Under the pieces are notes generated by a model that saw nothing but the letters and a program-made list of their open reading frames with translations, did not search any database and was not told the DNA's origin. A stretch of DNA of 63,795 nt, filler included, from Folioceros fuciformis (lineage: Eukaryota): the NCBI GenBank assembly GCA_049999805.1. It is 7 parts of 7 records of this genome, joined end to end, with 100 filler letters (N's around TTAATTAATTAA, not from the genome) between each part and the next. Parts side by side here need not be neighbours in the genome. Positions count along the whole stretch, not along the records: positions 46,294 to 52,008 come from JBNGIO010004448.1; positions 52,109 to 61,301 come from JBNGIO010004451.1; positions 61,402 to 63,795 come from JBNGIO010004453.1; 4 more parts are not named here. The stretch is one strand, 5' to 3'. Position 1 is the stretch's first letter. Every line of letters starts with the position of its first letter. The position numbers and the translations under genes were made by a program. Below are positions 50,875 to 63,795 of the stretch, one piece after another.

Positions 50875-52008
50875 TGTTAAGAGTGATTAGTGCTGAGAGT
50901 AATTAGTGATAATCCAGCTTATTGAGTTTGCTTAATTAGTGTGCTAAGAGTGATTAGCATTTAGGGTGTTTTAGGGTTGGGAGCATTTATCCCATATTGG
51001 GCATGAAATAAGAGTGCCACCCTTAGGTCCATAAAAGGAGGAATGAACCAACCTAGTTTGTATGGTCTAACCCCCACCCTCGTTACTTGTATTATGCTGT
51101 TGTTTTGAGAGCTTTTGAGTTCCCCAATTTATTTTGTTTTAGAGCCTTGTTTAAGCGCTCGTAATTTGAGATTCTGCATCTTGGTTTTCTAACCTAGTTC
51201 TAACGCTATCCAAGCATGGCGGGGACTTCATCTCAACGGGTTATGGGCCCACACACGCAAGGGACCGTCACCCTGCAAGTGATTTCCAAGTTTGGAGGCG
51301 ACAACTTCAACTTGTGGAAATTCAAGATGCGAATGCTGTTGGCTGAAAAAGGCCTTTGGGGAATTGTGTCGGGGACTGAAGTGCGTCCCGTTGAACCAGA
51401 GAGACAGCCCAAGTGGGATGAGTATGCAGGCAAGGTATTTGCAAACATTTGTTTCAACCTCGAAGATGCACAATTGATGCATGTCAGCAAGGGAAGCTTG
51501 GTTGAAGTTAGAGGCCTTGTATGAGAACAAAAGCCTTGTCAATCGATTGTTTTTGAGGCGTAGATTCTTTTCCATCCAAATGGCTAAGAGTGATAGTGTG
51601 ATTGAGCATGTGGATAAAGTGAGAAGTCTTTCACAACAATTGGCAGCTATTGGAGCACCTATGACGGACGATGACCTTGTGATGACTCTTCTTGCAAGTC
51701 TTCCAGAGTCTTACAATAATCTGATTGTAGCCTTGGAGTCTAGAGTGGATACTCTTACCNNNNNNNNNNNNNNNNNNNNNNNNNNNNNNNNNNNNNNNNN
51801 NNNNNNNNNNNNNNNNNNNNNNNNNNNNNNNNNNNNNNNNNNNNNNNNNNNNNNNNNNNAGCGCAAGGAGAAGGGGAAGGTCTCGGAAGAATTGGCTTTT
51901 GTGACCAAGAAGAATGAGGATGGATTAGCTAACTTCTCAAAGCAAACTGAAGGTGTTGCTCCCTTTGGAGGAAGAAATCGCAGGTCTAATCTCACTTGCA
52001 ACTATTGT
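50875..52008 (+). mobile_element. 5' part of a nested Copia element: LTR 50875-51238, half-tRNAiMet PBS 51239-51252, gag from ATG 51216
   Basis: TGTTAAG LTR start interrupts the host RT; PBS GGTTATGGGCCCAC; gag KFGGDNFNLWKFKMRMLL, LLASLPESY, CNYC; one frameshift at ~51490. Confidence 0.93.
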
Positions 52009-53621
52009 NNNNNNNNNNNNNNNNNNNNNNNNNNNNNNNNNNNNNNNNNNNNTTAATTAATTAANNNNNNNNNNNNNNNNNNNNNNNNNNNNNNNNNNNN
52101 NNNNNNNNACCTGCCTCGATGTCCATCACTGCTGGAGGAAGCGAAGACTCGTCAAACGAAACACGCCTCATCGCGTCAGCACGAAATTCCACCAGGCACG
52201 AGCATACCGTGAAGAAGTGAATTTTGCGAGCATCACAACCATCTACATACACTATCGAGCACAAGGACCGCGAAATGTTTCCGTTTCCATCCCCATTCCT
52301 CAGCAAGAAACACTATCTATGGAGACCTGCCAAACACGACTCGCTCATGCAATGAGGACCTCACGCTTCAAGAGTTGCTGATTCCAGCCGCAGCAATACC
52401 AATTGGAGGTCGCAGTAGCCGGAAGAGAAGAGCTCCGGACACGAGAGCGCTAATAAGCTGGTGAAATTTTTTAGCAGCGGGCATTCTAGTGGAGTAGTCG
52501 GAGGCGGCGNNNNNNNNNNNNNNNNNNNNNNNNNNNNNNNNNNNNNNNNNNNNNNNNNNNNNNNNNNNNNNNNNNNNNNNNNNNNNNNNNNNNNNNNNNN
52601 NNNNNNNNNAATGGTTGGCTGCGATCGAGGCCAGTCCGAGAGGAGAATACATAACTGCGGTCACGGTTGCCTGCTGCGATGCGCCAACCGGATGCGCATC
52701 TGCATCTGTAGCTCTGGACGTCACGAGACGAGAGTGGATGAAAGTAGGTTGCGAGGTTCTTTGCCGTTACACCCTGCAGCAGCTCGGGAAGTGCTGCGGA
52801 CTGGAGAGCGCACGCGCCGCTGCTCTCAACGCGGCTGCATGAGATATATTTGGAGGATTCCTTGGCCGTGTGCGCGTGTGGGACGACAGTTCGTCAGTGG
52901 GACGAGAAAGGCGGAATGGGGGCATGATGCGGTCGTAGTTGAGCTTACGGACGGGGTAGCAAAGCGGAGCGGAGCGGAGGGGATCGGATCGGAGCGGAGC
53001 GGAACGGGCGGAGTGACGGGACGTAAGGTACGGAATGCGGAGCGGAAACACAGACGCTGGACTGGACCATGGTATCGCCAAGGCAGGGAGGAGAAGGCGC
53101 CGCGACGGCCTCTTGGCCTCTTGAGTGCGTGCCTGACATGAATGAAACCTCGTTAAACATAACATATGGTACCAACGCAACACACGGCAGTAGGCTGTAG
53201 CTATACAACATATATATTACCTAGAGCCATGTGCTTGTGGGTAGGTTGGCGTATTGGACAACACCTCCACACAAAGGACAAAACACCAAGGGTGTTTATT
53301 GTTACGTTCCATAGATTATACGGGATTGTTTTTACGCGACATCTACTTAATGTTGAGGACATGCCTACTCCGTGTAGCAGCCTGTCCCTTCCGTTCCCGT
53401 CGACCTGGACCTGGCGTGCGGAAGATGAAGGTGCGGTGGGATGGAATGGAATGGGCGGAATTTCTATATGTTTGGTGATGTGAGAAAGTGGCGAGCCTAC
53501 GCAACATGTGGGCATGGACTGTCTCATATTACACAGCCTCAGGGTAGGGTAGCCCTTCCTTGAGACGACGACTAGCTGCTGTTTCTCAGTGCCTGATTTG
53601 GTGTGGAGGGGAGGCTGGTTC

Positions 53622-55301
53622 CTACCTGAAGGCATCGACGAGGATCCACTGGAAGGCTCTGGCAGAGGTCAACAGCTTCATGTAGTGCATACCGGAGAAT
53701 CTGGGCGGCAGGCCTGTGAGAGGAGTCATGAGAATTGGCGACTGCAAATCGGTAAAACCACTGCCATCGGCTGCATCCACGATGGTGATGTCTGATTGCA
53801 GCCAAGCTATACTCGTCTCCACGGCCAACTTGTCATCCACGAATCTGAGCTTCTTTCCCCGGGTGAGAAACTTCTGTCTGGCGGCTTCAGGCACCTGCTC
53901 AAGAGCCTTGTTGAAGGTGTCCTCGTTGAACCGGGCAGCCAGCCTCTTGACGTCAGGGACGTCGGTGGCAGTGCCGAAATGGAGACTCACAGCTTCAGAG
54001 CGCTTCATCTTCACCCAGATGTCAAACACGATTTCGTAGCGGTTGAGCGGTTTCAAGTACGTGTGCACCTGGATCCGCTTCCTCTTGGGATCAACTGAGG
54101 GCTTGGAGTACAGGAAGTTGTCGTAATAGTCGTGATGGACTACAGAGATGTTGTCCACACTCAGCCCTGGAACTGAAGCAACTTGCACCTGCCATTCCTT
54201 TGCCCCGTTACCTTGCTGCTTGATAGCTTCCAAGAATGACCCAAACGTTTCCTTCGTCTGTTGGACACACTTGCCGAGAGATGCAAACGCCTCTTCCCAT
54301 TTCAAGGCATCCTCCGGCAAGCTGTGCACCGCAAGGAAGGATGCAATGGCCAGAGCAACCTGAGCCCTGGCTTCCTCGATAGGGATGTCGGCGTCGAGAT
54401 CCCCTCGTTGCTTGTTTGGCACCCCGTGGCTCACTTGCGCATGATTCATCCCTTTGATCACAATCACTGGTTTGACAGCAACAGTGTTGTGCTCTCCTAA
54501 CTCAGCCTCCACATCCAAGATCTGCCCCAGGTGAGCGACCGCAGTTGCAAGAGTGATTTGGCCGTCCAACTCTCCGGTTATGGTGAGCACAGGCTTCGGA
54601 TATTGCGGCAAGCTGTCAGGATTCCCCCAGAAGCAGCTGCCTGTCTGTATGAAACCATCTGCCCGGCGTAATGCCACACTTCTCGATTGCCAGGCTCCCC
54701 AGCTGCCACGTCGTATCAGTCAGCACAACACTCCCCACCTCTTCGAGCTCTTCCACTTAATGCAATCCATCACATAAACCGAACACACCTGTGGCCGCCG
54801 ATGATCACGCTGGGCTCGCCTCCCGCGGCTCCAAACCCTTTGGACTGCACCCTCTTCATCACACCTTCGTAGCTCAGATCCACCAGCTCCGGGGAGGCCA
54901 CATCCGGCATGACCACGTCCAGGAACACGACCCAAAGCCTCAAAACCGAAACACTCTGGATTTCCTTGCCAAGAGGCAAGTATGCGTCCCCAGCCGTCAA
55001 AGCTCCTGGCACAAAGAGTAGCAAGACTTCCCTACCATCTTCCCGGATCGGTTCCAAAATCTGACCACACCAAACACAAAACCAGATCAAACCCCCCTCC
55101 ACACCTCACACTCTCACAGCCAGGCTTCATCACAACACAACAGCTGAGATAATGACAAATGAGAATGCCTACAATAGCACTGTCGGAGACGTCCCGAGGC
55201 TCTGCTGCTCCAGGAAAGGGTGGATCTTCTCGGGCAGGCGATCCTGCCGGAAACTGCAACGGGCTACTAGCTTCACGCTCCGCCTGTTTAGTGAACCCCA
55301 T
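53622..55301 (-). CDS. Alpha/beta hydrolase fold protein (Abhydrolase_5-like) with C-terminal extension; 3 exons (55301-55173, 55060-54789, 54702-53622)
   Basis: LLFVPGA; nucleophile GGH-S-WG formed across intron 2; PVLTITGELDG (Asp); IKGMNHAQ (His); C-terminal GMHYMKLLTSARAFQWI. Exon 1 is less certain. Confidence 0.82.
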
Positions 55302-56073
55302 GCTTCCCCTCGTCCGCAACGACACTGACAAAGATCCACACCATCAAACGCCGCTGATTCCGTTACCACACACCTCCAATGGCAAGCAATAGCACGTGGA
55401 CACGCACAATCTATATCTTCAGCTGCACCAAAATTTTACCGAGGCCGGGCCGCCGGATGAAGACACCCCCGCGACAATGGGCTGCTGATTCAACACCCAA
55501 CCTGCAAGGCTTCCGCCATAGGGCCTGCTCCAAAGTTTGGACAGCCAACACCATGCCTCGTCCTCCACTTACAGCCACGGCCTGGCCTCACGCTCAGAGC
55601 GTGCCCACAGCCTTCCAAATTGGGTAAATCCGCGGGACAGAGACAGAAGCCAGTGGCAGGGAGTATCCCGTTCCGTCCTCAATTACACCGGCCACAACAC
55701 CGAGTGATTTATTGCGATTTCCGCGCCACAGAAAAATATTCCATTCCAGCTGAAGGGTCTGGGAGGTCCTATCGGCACGGGCTTCTCTCAACGACGGACC
55801 TACGCGGCATTCACGATTACATGTCCCGTTCCTTCGATCACAAGCCACTATGACCAAGTTGCAGTAGCGTCCTGCCTACCGAAAATCCTATTGGTGTCCA
55901 CAGGTCCGTCATCGTATGCTATCCTCAAACAAATAATTGGAATCTATGATATCGGGACTTTCTAAAGCCACCCACCCACTCACCCCTATTACAACAATAC
56001 AACCGCCTCAAGCACAGGTTGCAATAGCAACCTCCTTACCCTCCTAAGGACATTGGAGTGCTTCAGGTTACTT

Positions 56074-59000
56074 TCAAGCTAACACTTGGAACTTACCCCT
56101 CAGCTTTTTCTTCTTCCAACCCTGTTGTCACGAAGGGAAAACACTTGATGAGTACCAATACAAGAGATTCTTCATCCCTTCGCTTTAGTATTCAAGCAAA
56201 CCCCCATTCGGTGAAAAAAAAAAAACTTACAAAACCAAGGTAATAAAACAGAGTGAGGAAGAAGAAGATGATGAAGGCTATTTGAAAAATATTGAATCTG
56301 CACAAAACACAAAACGACAGGCAAGGTCATCTGAGTTTGGTCCACTGTCCCAGCGCTTGCACACCTATCCTAAGAGCAGCGAAGTTCAGATAAGAGACTC
56401 GGAGCTAAATTCACAACAGAGCTGCTGATTATTAATGGTTAGCCGACCGCACACACCTGAAGAGGTACTTCAAGCCGCGCAGAGACTCCAATGTATGACC
56501 AAAGATGTCTTGAACAGACGTGGCTTGGGCATACAAGGCGAATCCTTTAGCACAGAATTGGATAACGCTGCAAAGGAAGCGAGAAAGGATTAGCACAGTA
56601 ACACAGTCTTGGAAGCGTGTACTGAGGGTTGGAGACAATGCTGGGGATTCTGATGTGCTCCAGTACACCCAGAAACAAATGAGACCCTCTTACCTGACAG
56701 AAGTTAGAAGAATCAAGCCTACATTGAACAAAAAGGAGTTCATGAGAGTCCCATTCCACCTGCGAAACACCCGTTAAATAAGCACCACGGTAGGAGGACA
56801 ACCATCCGGCGGAAAACAACCACACGTGAACCCCAGCAGTAACCAACAAGCGACAAACACGCTTACTTCATAGGGTGGATAGTGATGAACACAAAGTTCA
56901 GCCCCAGCTGCATCTCCCCCGCGATAACACACAAAACAAGGTATATGCAAAAAAATGCAAAGAACACAGTGCCCAACAGCCCTGCATGCATCAATCAGGA
57001 AGAAGGTTATAAACTGCTGAGGCAAACTGCTGCTTCTAGCATGGCAAATACATCAAGGGTACACAAGACAGGATTTGCACAACAGCGTAGTAAACCACAA
57101 ACCCATGTTGATGTCCAAAACCCTGCACATACACAAGGTTATACTGCAGCATCCCTCCTCCCCTTTCCCATTCCTAGAACCTCGGCTCGTACGCATTATC
57201 TTAACCAAGACTGTGGTAATAGAGGCTCACCCCAAACAGAATCCAATTTGATGAAAACCTCGTTTAAAAATGGTGACAGAGGAGGCTGAATCAGCATGTA
57301 GATGATAATGTGAATAATCCAGGCAACGGACACCACAAACCTGAAATGCAAGCAGACCATCCCATTGTGAGACATGGCCCACGATAGTCAAAAACCACAT
57401 TGATGCCAAACAAATCCTTACAAGCATACTCACCCGATCAGTCCAAGGAAAAGCTTTAACAAATAGCCGAGTACAGTAAGAGCCCATGACGTTTCTGCCT
57501 GGCAGACATGCAAGAACAATGAGTGAGGACCATCCTGACAGCAAAACAGACGAATTAAGACTGGCACCCATACCGTCTCTCCCTGAGGATAAACCTCCTC
57601 CAAAGCAGCTTCATCTTCTTCTAGATAAAGAAGCTCCTGCAAATAAATGAGATCCAACATTTATCTACTTTCATAAGCCCCCCACAAAACGCTCATATCC
57701 ATTGCTTAATCTGTTGCCCGAACAAGTAAATCCAACCTCTTGAAGCTTCTTTACATTCTTCTTCCATTTCCGGCCTTTGCTACCACTCCTTTCCTCCCGC
57801 TGAAGTTGAAAAGCAACTTCTCGAATTTCCTTGGCACGTTTCCCCAAATCAGTGGCTTCCTGTTTCAAAAGGATACCACGGTGAGCTCCGTTTGTGCATG
57901 GAACAAATGGTAGACATTTACAAAAGCACAGGTGAACAGAATCACCTTGATGTATTGAGAGCGAGTTATGATGGCTTTGGGTCGTCGAAGGTAGGCAAAT
58001 ATAAGGCTTAGAGGCAAAACAGCCAAGCCAGCCCCACCGAATATCTGAACGGCTCATATTAGAGGAAAGTCGTCATATACGACAACTTCACGACTCATTT
58101 CTGGCAACCATAAGGATGCTCACCGAGAAGAAGATGGACCCAAGTATAGTAGAAAGGGCGATCACATATTGAGGGAATGTTGTTCTCAATGTCCATGTGG
58201 TCCGGAAGCTTGAACCCGCTGTGTACGCTGCACACTGCAAAATTTGAGTCAGTGCAGAGTTCAGCATACGATACACTACGTTCACTCAAATTTGAAGTTG
58301 CTGTGCTGCCAAACCCCTTGCCAGGATTCAATAGAAGACTCCTGGATAGCTTGATGCATACCAGGTTAACTGGATTGCCAGTTGAGGAACTCGAAGCTTG
58401 AAAACAAGGATTGTCTGCTGTAAGGAGGGTATAATCTGGAGGGAAATTAACGGTTGAAGAGGACAGCTTTTGCACGGTAAAATCCACATATCCTACCACC
58501 CCTGCACAACCAAACATTCAGATCAAACCCAAAGGCTGTACAAAATCAGTGACAGAAACGAGAGACAGGAAAAATCTGCAGTTAGAGAGCACCAGACTCT
58601 TTACTGCAAATCCACCATGAATACACACGCATCAATCATGCGCTCTGTAAAAGACAACCCTACGTGGACGAGACTCCCAAGCCCGAACAGACGACCATAT
58701 CTATCAAGAAGAGCTGCACTTACCATAGAGAATACCAAGCACCAGGGCAGCAATAATAGCTGTGAGCGTACACCATACCACTGCGCTCTTTACCCGCTGT
58801 AAGGCGGTCCTGCTCCACAGAGTAGATATGCGGGAAAATGGTTGTTATCAGCATACACATTGCACAAAGCAAATGCATTGGCCTGAAGAGGTAGGGGCTC
58901 AGAACGGCACTGCCAAACACAAAAATGGCACGCCTTAACCTAGCCAAGAAGACATTTTGCTAGTGCACTGCAATCCACAACCCTGTCGGAAAACACGGTG

Positions 59001-59432
59001 CAGTAAACAGAAAATTCAGAGCAAGGAGCATCCCATCAATGGCCTAACTCGTGCGCACAGTTCAGGAAGGCAAAGAGGAACTAACTTCTCCTGGTCGCCT
59101 TCGTAGTAGAAAATGGAGAACGGAATGACAAAAAATACGAGCACCACATCGATTATGTACACTGCATACCAAAGCTGCTTCATAGGCAACGTAAAATGAC
59201 AAGCTCCCGTGTAAATGGAATTCACACAAGCGTGCCGATTAGCAACGTCAGCTGGAAGCATCAATATGGATATTTCCGCGATGGAGAGGCCCAGCACGAC
59301 CACAAACTTGGGGAAATATGCCTGATTGTGGTCATCCGGATGCTGGTAATTGATGAGGAGATAGATGTTGAAGATCACCACGACAATGCACACGATGATC
59401 ACAATCAGAAGCAATATCACATTATACTCCAT
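56074..59432 (-). CDS. LIMR family / LMBR1-like membrane protein, more than 10 exons
   Basis: [84 protein letters not shown]; last exon [15 protein letters not shown]. Confidence 0.95.
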
Positions 59433-61485
59433 GCCGCCCTACCCCGTGTGCGAGCGGCCTCACACACAACGCGCACAGAGAGGGCCCGAAACCAGAATCT
59501 TTTCCACCGTTCCACCTAGCTGGTGAGCTTTAACATGGGGCCCCCGCCCTGGCTGCCCCTTCAGGCTTCAATGCCCTGTCATCCAGGCTGTGAGCTGCTC
59601 AGTAACCTCCGCTTCGAGCGACAACAGCCAGCCGGCTCCACCTGCTCTACACTAAACTACGGATCCATCAACTGGAGCAGCATTGCGAAGGCAATCCAGC
59701 CCCTAGCTCCTCACATTCCCGTGGTAACAAACCCTAGGCCTCCATCTTCGGCAGGCCACAANNNNNNNNNNNNNNNNNNNNNNNNNNNNNNNNNNNNNNN
59801 NNNNNNNNNNNNNNNNNNNNNNNNNNNNNNNNNNNNNNNNNNNNNNNNNNNNNNNNNNNNNATCCCAGTGTTGCAATGCCGCGTGAAATCCTGATCCAGC
59901 CTGTCAGGTGCCTGCGGGAAATGGCTACTAATTTTCGGAAACCGTGTTTTGCTGCTTTCTTTTAGCTTCCGGTTAATTCATGCGCGAGTCTCTCATTCAG
60001 AAAGCGAGGCTGGGACAGCAAATAACACTCTTCTTTATGTCATACGTACGAAACTTAGATTTAGGTTTAGGTTTCACATTATGTCAGGTTTAGGCTCATG
60101 CTTGCGCCTTGCTCTTGGTTAGGTTTAGGGTTAAACATTTCATATCTCCTAGCTTTACAAGTGACACACACGCAAAGAACACTTCTCATATCAATAGATT
60201 TGAAGTGTACGTTTTTCCATGGAGGAGGAGGAAGATGCATTCCTTGAAGCAAGATCACTAGATCCACTACTACACCTAATGACATGCATTTAATAAACTG
60301 AGAACATAAACAATTGACATGGACTGCTACTTGTCCAAACACAGTTTAGGATCAAAACAAATTGAACCTACTTGCTGTTGTGCTTTCATTCGATCTCAAA
60401 CCAGATCTCCAACTCCTCCTCCTACAAGACCTGCCTCAACTTATGTAGCACGAAGATCACTAAGATCTTTGGTCGAAGTATGCAAAAATCTATCAAAAGC
60501 ACTTGACGATGCTCGATGCCACCTGATAACTCATTCAGCCCAAGCATTTCGACAAAGAAGGCCACTGAACAGGAGACAACTTCCCATGAATGTGTGTCCA
60601 AAGCCAACAGATTCATACACTTGTTGTGTGGCAAACCTTCAAAGTCCTGACGGATGCCAAATTTGCATTTCAAGCCCTGCTGGTGTGCGAGTTGAAACCA
60701 TTTGCAAGAGAAGACATGCATCAGATTCGAGCACAATGAAACAAAGAGATTGTAGCTTTACACCATGTTGTTGCTGCCCTCTAAGAAAGAAGTGCTTAGG
60801 AGCACGTTTTGCATCTTGTTTGAATGCTCAAATCAATAGACTAAAATCCAAAAGACAAACTTCTAGTTGTTATTTAAGAGATAGACTTCCCCCATGGCCA
60901 AACTACTAAAGCTATAATTTTAAATGATTTACTTCAAAATAAAATAACCTATACCATACAATATAATAGGTGAACAAGGAGACTTTAAAACTATGCTATA
61001 AATATATGTATTATATTATATATTATATATTATATATTATATATTATTATTATTATAACTCAACAAGAAATTAAAATTCTTAGGGCAAAAAATTCATGGA
61101 ATAAGTAATTAAAAAAATATATCATTGCAGATATCAACCACATAGTTTAGCATATCATATGGAAGTAGAAAGCAAGATTTGACTAATGCATCACACATGC
61201 TTCATGAACCTAGTGTGGAAACACTTTTTTTTTAATTCTTTGTGAACATGGAATTTTAAAACTATGCATGTAGTTGGGAAACTATGGTGTAAGTGATATT
61301 GNNNNNNNNNNNNNNNNNNNNNNNNNNNNNNNNNNNNNNNNNNNNTTAATTAATTAANNNNNNNNNNNNNNNNNNNNNNNNNNNNNNNNNNNNNNNNNNN
61401 NAGGCCGTATGGTTGAGAAAGCTCATGGAGGAGATTGGTTATGAACAATTGCATCCGACCACTCTTAGGAGCGATAGTCAAGGAG

Positions 61486-62220
61486 TGTTAAGCATGATTA
61501 ATGTTGAGATTAATTAGTGCTAATCCAACTTATTGAGTTTGTACTAATTAGTGGTAAGAGTGCTTAAGGTTATGATTTATATATATATATATATAGCTTA
61601 TTAGACTTTGCTATGTTAGGCAAAAAAAAGTATTGTAGGGTTTGGGGTCATTTATCCCATATTGGGCACGAAATGAGAGTGCCACCCATAGGTCCATAAA
61701 AGAAGGGATGAACCCACTTAGTATATATAGTCTAACTCCCTCTTCACTTGTATTGTATTTTTTTTGTAATTCTTTTTATTTGAGTTTAAGAGCCTTGTTA
61801 TAGTGCTCTTAGTTTACGGACCGTCACTCTACAAGTTATCTCAAAGTTTGGAGGTGACAACTNNNNNNNNNNNNNNNNNNNNNNNNNNNNNNNNNNNNNN
61901 NNNNNNNNNNNNNNNNNNNNNNNNNNNNNNNNNNNNNNNNNNNNNNNNNNNNNNNNNNNNNNTTGTTATAGTGCTCTTAGTTTTGGGTTTGTAATTCTCC
62001 TTTTTATTTGAGTTTAAGAGCCTTGTTATAGTGCTCTTAGTTTTGGGTTTGTAATTCTCCTTTTTATTTGAGTTTAAGAGCCTTGTTATAATGCTCTTAG
62101 TTTTGGGTTTGTAATTCTCCTTTTTATTTGAGTTTAAGCTCTTAGTTTTGGGATTCCGCATCTTGCTTCAACTAACTTGTTTTAACCTCCTTTGAGCATG
62201 GCGGGGGTGACATCTCAACA
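61486..62220 (+). mobile_element. Copia LTR(s) with a 45-bp gag remnant, an N gap and a 60-bp tandem array (61963-62150)
   Basis: TGTTAAGC...ATCTCAACA termini; 61819-61862 matches the gag start at 51263-51307; reverse complement of 62460-62877. Confidence 0.9.
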
Positions 62221-62459
62221 ACACCAACTTGTTCCCTTATGGGCTTGCACCATGTTTTGTGATAATATTTTGTAAAATCCATGGAACCGCAGAGAATGTA
62301 CCTTTTGAGAAGATCCCAATAACCATTTACGGAATTCCCATTTATCCCATTGTCTACCATAATGAGAAATGGGAGTAGGGCCCATTGTCTACNNNNNNNN
62401 NNGGGAGTAGGGCCCATTGTCTACCATAATGAGAAATGGGAGTAGGGCCGAAGGTCCCA

Positions 62460-62877
62460 TGTTGAGATGTCACCCCCGCCATGCTCAAAGGAGGTTAAAA
62501 TAAGTTAGTTGGGTTAAAATAAGTTAGTTGAAGCAAGATGCAGAATCCTAAAACTAAGAGCACTATAACAAGGCTCTTAAACTCAAATAAAAGGAGAATT
62601 ACAAAAACAACACAATACAAGTGAAGAGGGAGTTAGCCTGCATATACTAAGTGGGTTCATCCCTTCTTTTATGGACCTATGGGTGGCATTCTCATTTCGT
62701 GCCCAATATGGGATAAATGACCCCAAACCCTACAATACTTTTTTTGCCTAACATAGCAAAGTCTAATAAGCTATATATATATATTAATCATAACCTTAAT
62801 CACTCTTACCACTAATTAGTACAAACTCAATAAACTGGATTAGCACTAATTAATCTCAACATTAATTATGCTTAACA
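62460..62877 (-). mobile_element. Solo Copia LTR (418 bp)
   Basis: TGTTGAG...CTTAACA termini; inverted copy of the 61486-62220 LTR; internal 19-bp duplication at ~62493-62530. Confidence 0.92.
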
Positions 62878-63354
62878 GTTTTGTGCTAAAACATGAAACA
62901 TTTTAATCATATTTGTGGGCAACTGATAATATTTTGTAAAATCCATGGAACCGCAGAGAATGTACCTTTTGAGAAGATCCCAATAACCATTTACGGAATT
63001 CCCATTTATCCCATTGTCTACCATAATGAGAAATGGGAGTAGGGCCGAAGGTCCCATTTAGTAAGGGCTGACTGTAGAACCCTATGCGCAACAAATTTTC
63101 TTCAAAGGGTGTCCTCTTTTATGTTTCTGTAATTAATAGATTAAAAAGTTAATGATGTACACATTAAAGTAAATCAAAAAATAATCCATACATGTTAGTT
63201 AGTGTAACTTAAGTAATTTTGTACATAGTTGCTTAAAAGTGATCATTCTCTCTAATTATGAGTAGAAAACTTGTATGATGAAGAAAACTTTCAGAAAAAA
63301 AAAAAAAAAAGAAGCTTATCTTTAGTCTTCTACCCACACCTTCTTCCAACAAGG

Positions 63355-63660
63355 AAGCTTTGAGATGATATGCATCACTTTGAGATGATGACTCATCACT
63401 TTGGCAAGATGACTCATTACTTTAACATGATGACTCATCACTTTGAGATGATGGTTCATCACTGACACGATAACTCATTACTTTAACATGATGACTCATT
63501 ACTTTGAAATGATGATAGGGTATTTTCCATTATTGAAAAAGAGATGGAAAGTTCCATTTACTCAAAAGATCGGAGTAACCATTATGGAAATTTCCATTTA
63601 CTCAAAAGATCGGAGTAACCATTATGGAAAGTTCCATTTACTCAAAAGATTACAGTAACA
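63355..63660. repeat. Two adjacent tandem arrays: ~21-22 bp (ATGACTCATCACTTTGAGATG, 63355-63515) and 40 bp x3 (63544-63660)
   Basis: Direct reading. Confidence 0.9.
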
Positions 63661-63795
63661 ACTCAAACAAGGCTAAAAGCCAAAAGGGATACTAGCCGCT
63701 TCTAATATCATTCTCAAAAACTACCTACTGCTCCAAAAAAGTCGTGATGTGGAATAACAAAAGTCTCACCTACCACCGGTGCCGAAGAAGCCGCT

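Noticed and set aside
52109-53200. Possible 5' end of a minus-strand gene and a (GGAGC)n-rich tract
   Set aside because: Interrupted by a gap and the scaffold end; no recognisable peptide or consistent splice model.
60055-60135. TTTAGG(G)-like repeats as interstitial telomere
   Set aside because: Only a few degenerate units; not an array.

Overview
Eukaryotic land-plant nuclear DNA with GT-AG introns of about 80-220 bp and about 50% GC in genes. The gene and TE content suggests a non-seed plant (bryophyte/lycophyte-like; inference). The window is not contiguous: six 100-nt spacers (N44-TTAATTAATTAA-N44) join seven scaffolds (1-15901, 16002-23665, 23766-38084, 38185-46193, 46294-52008, 52109-61301, 61402-63795). 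Scaffolds 3, 4 and 6 are gene-dense: polyol/sugar transporter, epoxide-hydrolase-like gene plus a partial duplicate, intronless ATP-citrate lyase B, F-box/LRR, BUD32, intronless CSN6, mitoribosomal mL40, an unusual alpha/beta hydrolase and a LIMR/LMBR1 protein. Scaffolds 1, 2, 5 and 7 are mostly nested, decayed transposons: several Ty1/Copia families, an RNase H-bearing Tad/I-type LINE, CRE-type remnants and a large LTR-like repeat. Best leads: (i) a Copia element with an antisense transmembrane/coiled-coil ORF between pol and the PPT, (ii) a Copia family primed by half-tRNAiMet with gag starting inside the LTR, (iii) a solo LTR flanked by a 179-bp direct duplication, (iv) a Tad-like LINE lacking its RT domain, (v) intronless copies of normally intron-rich housekeeping genes. 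All identifications come from motif recognition, not database searches.
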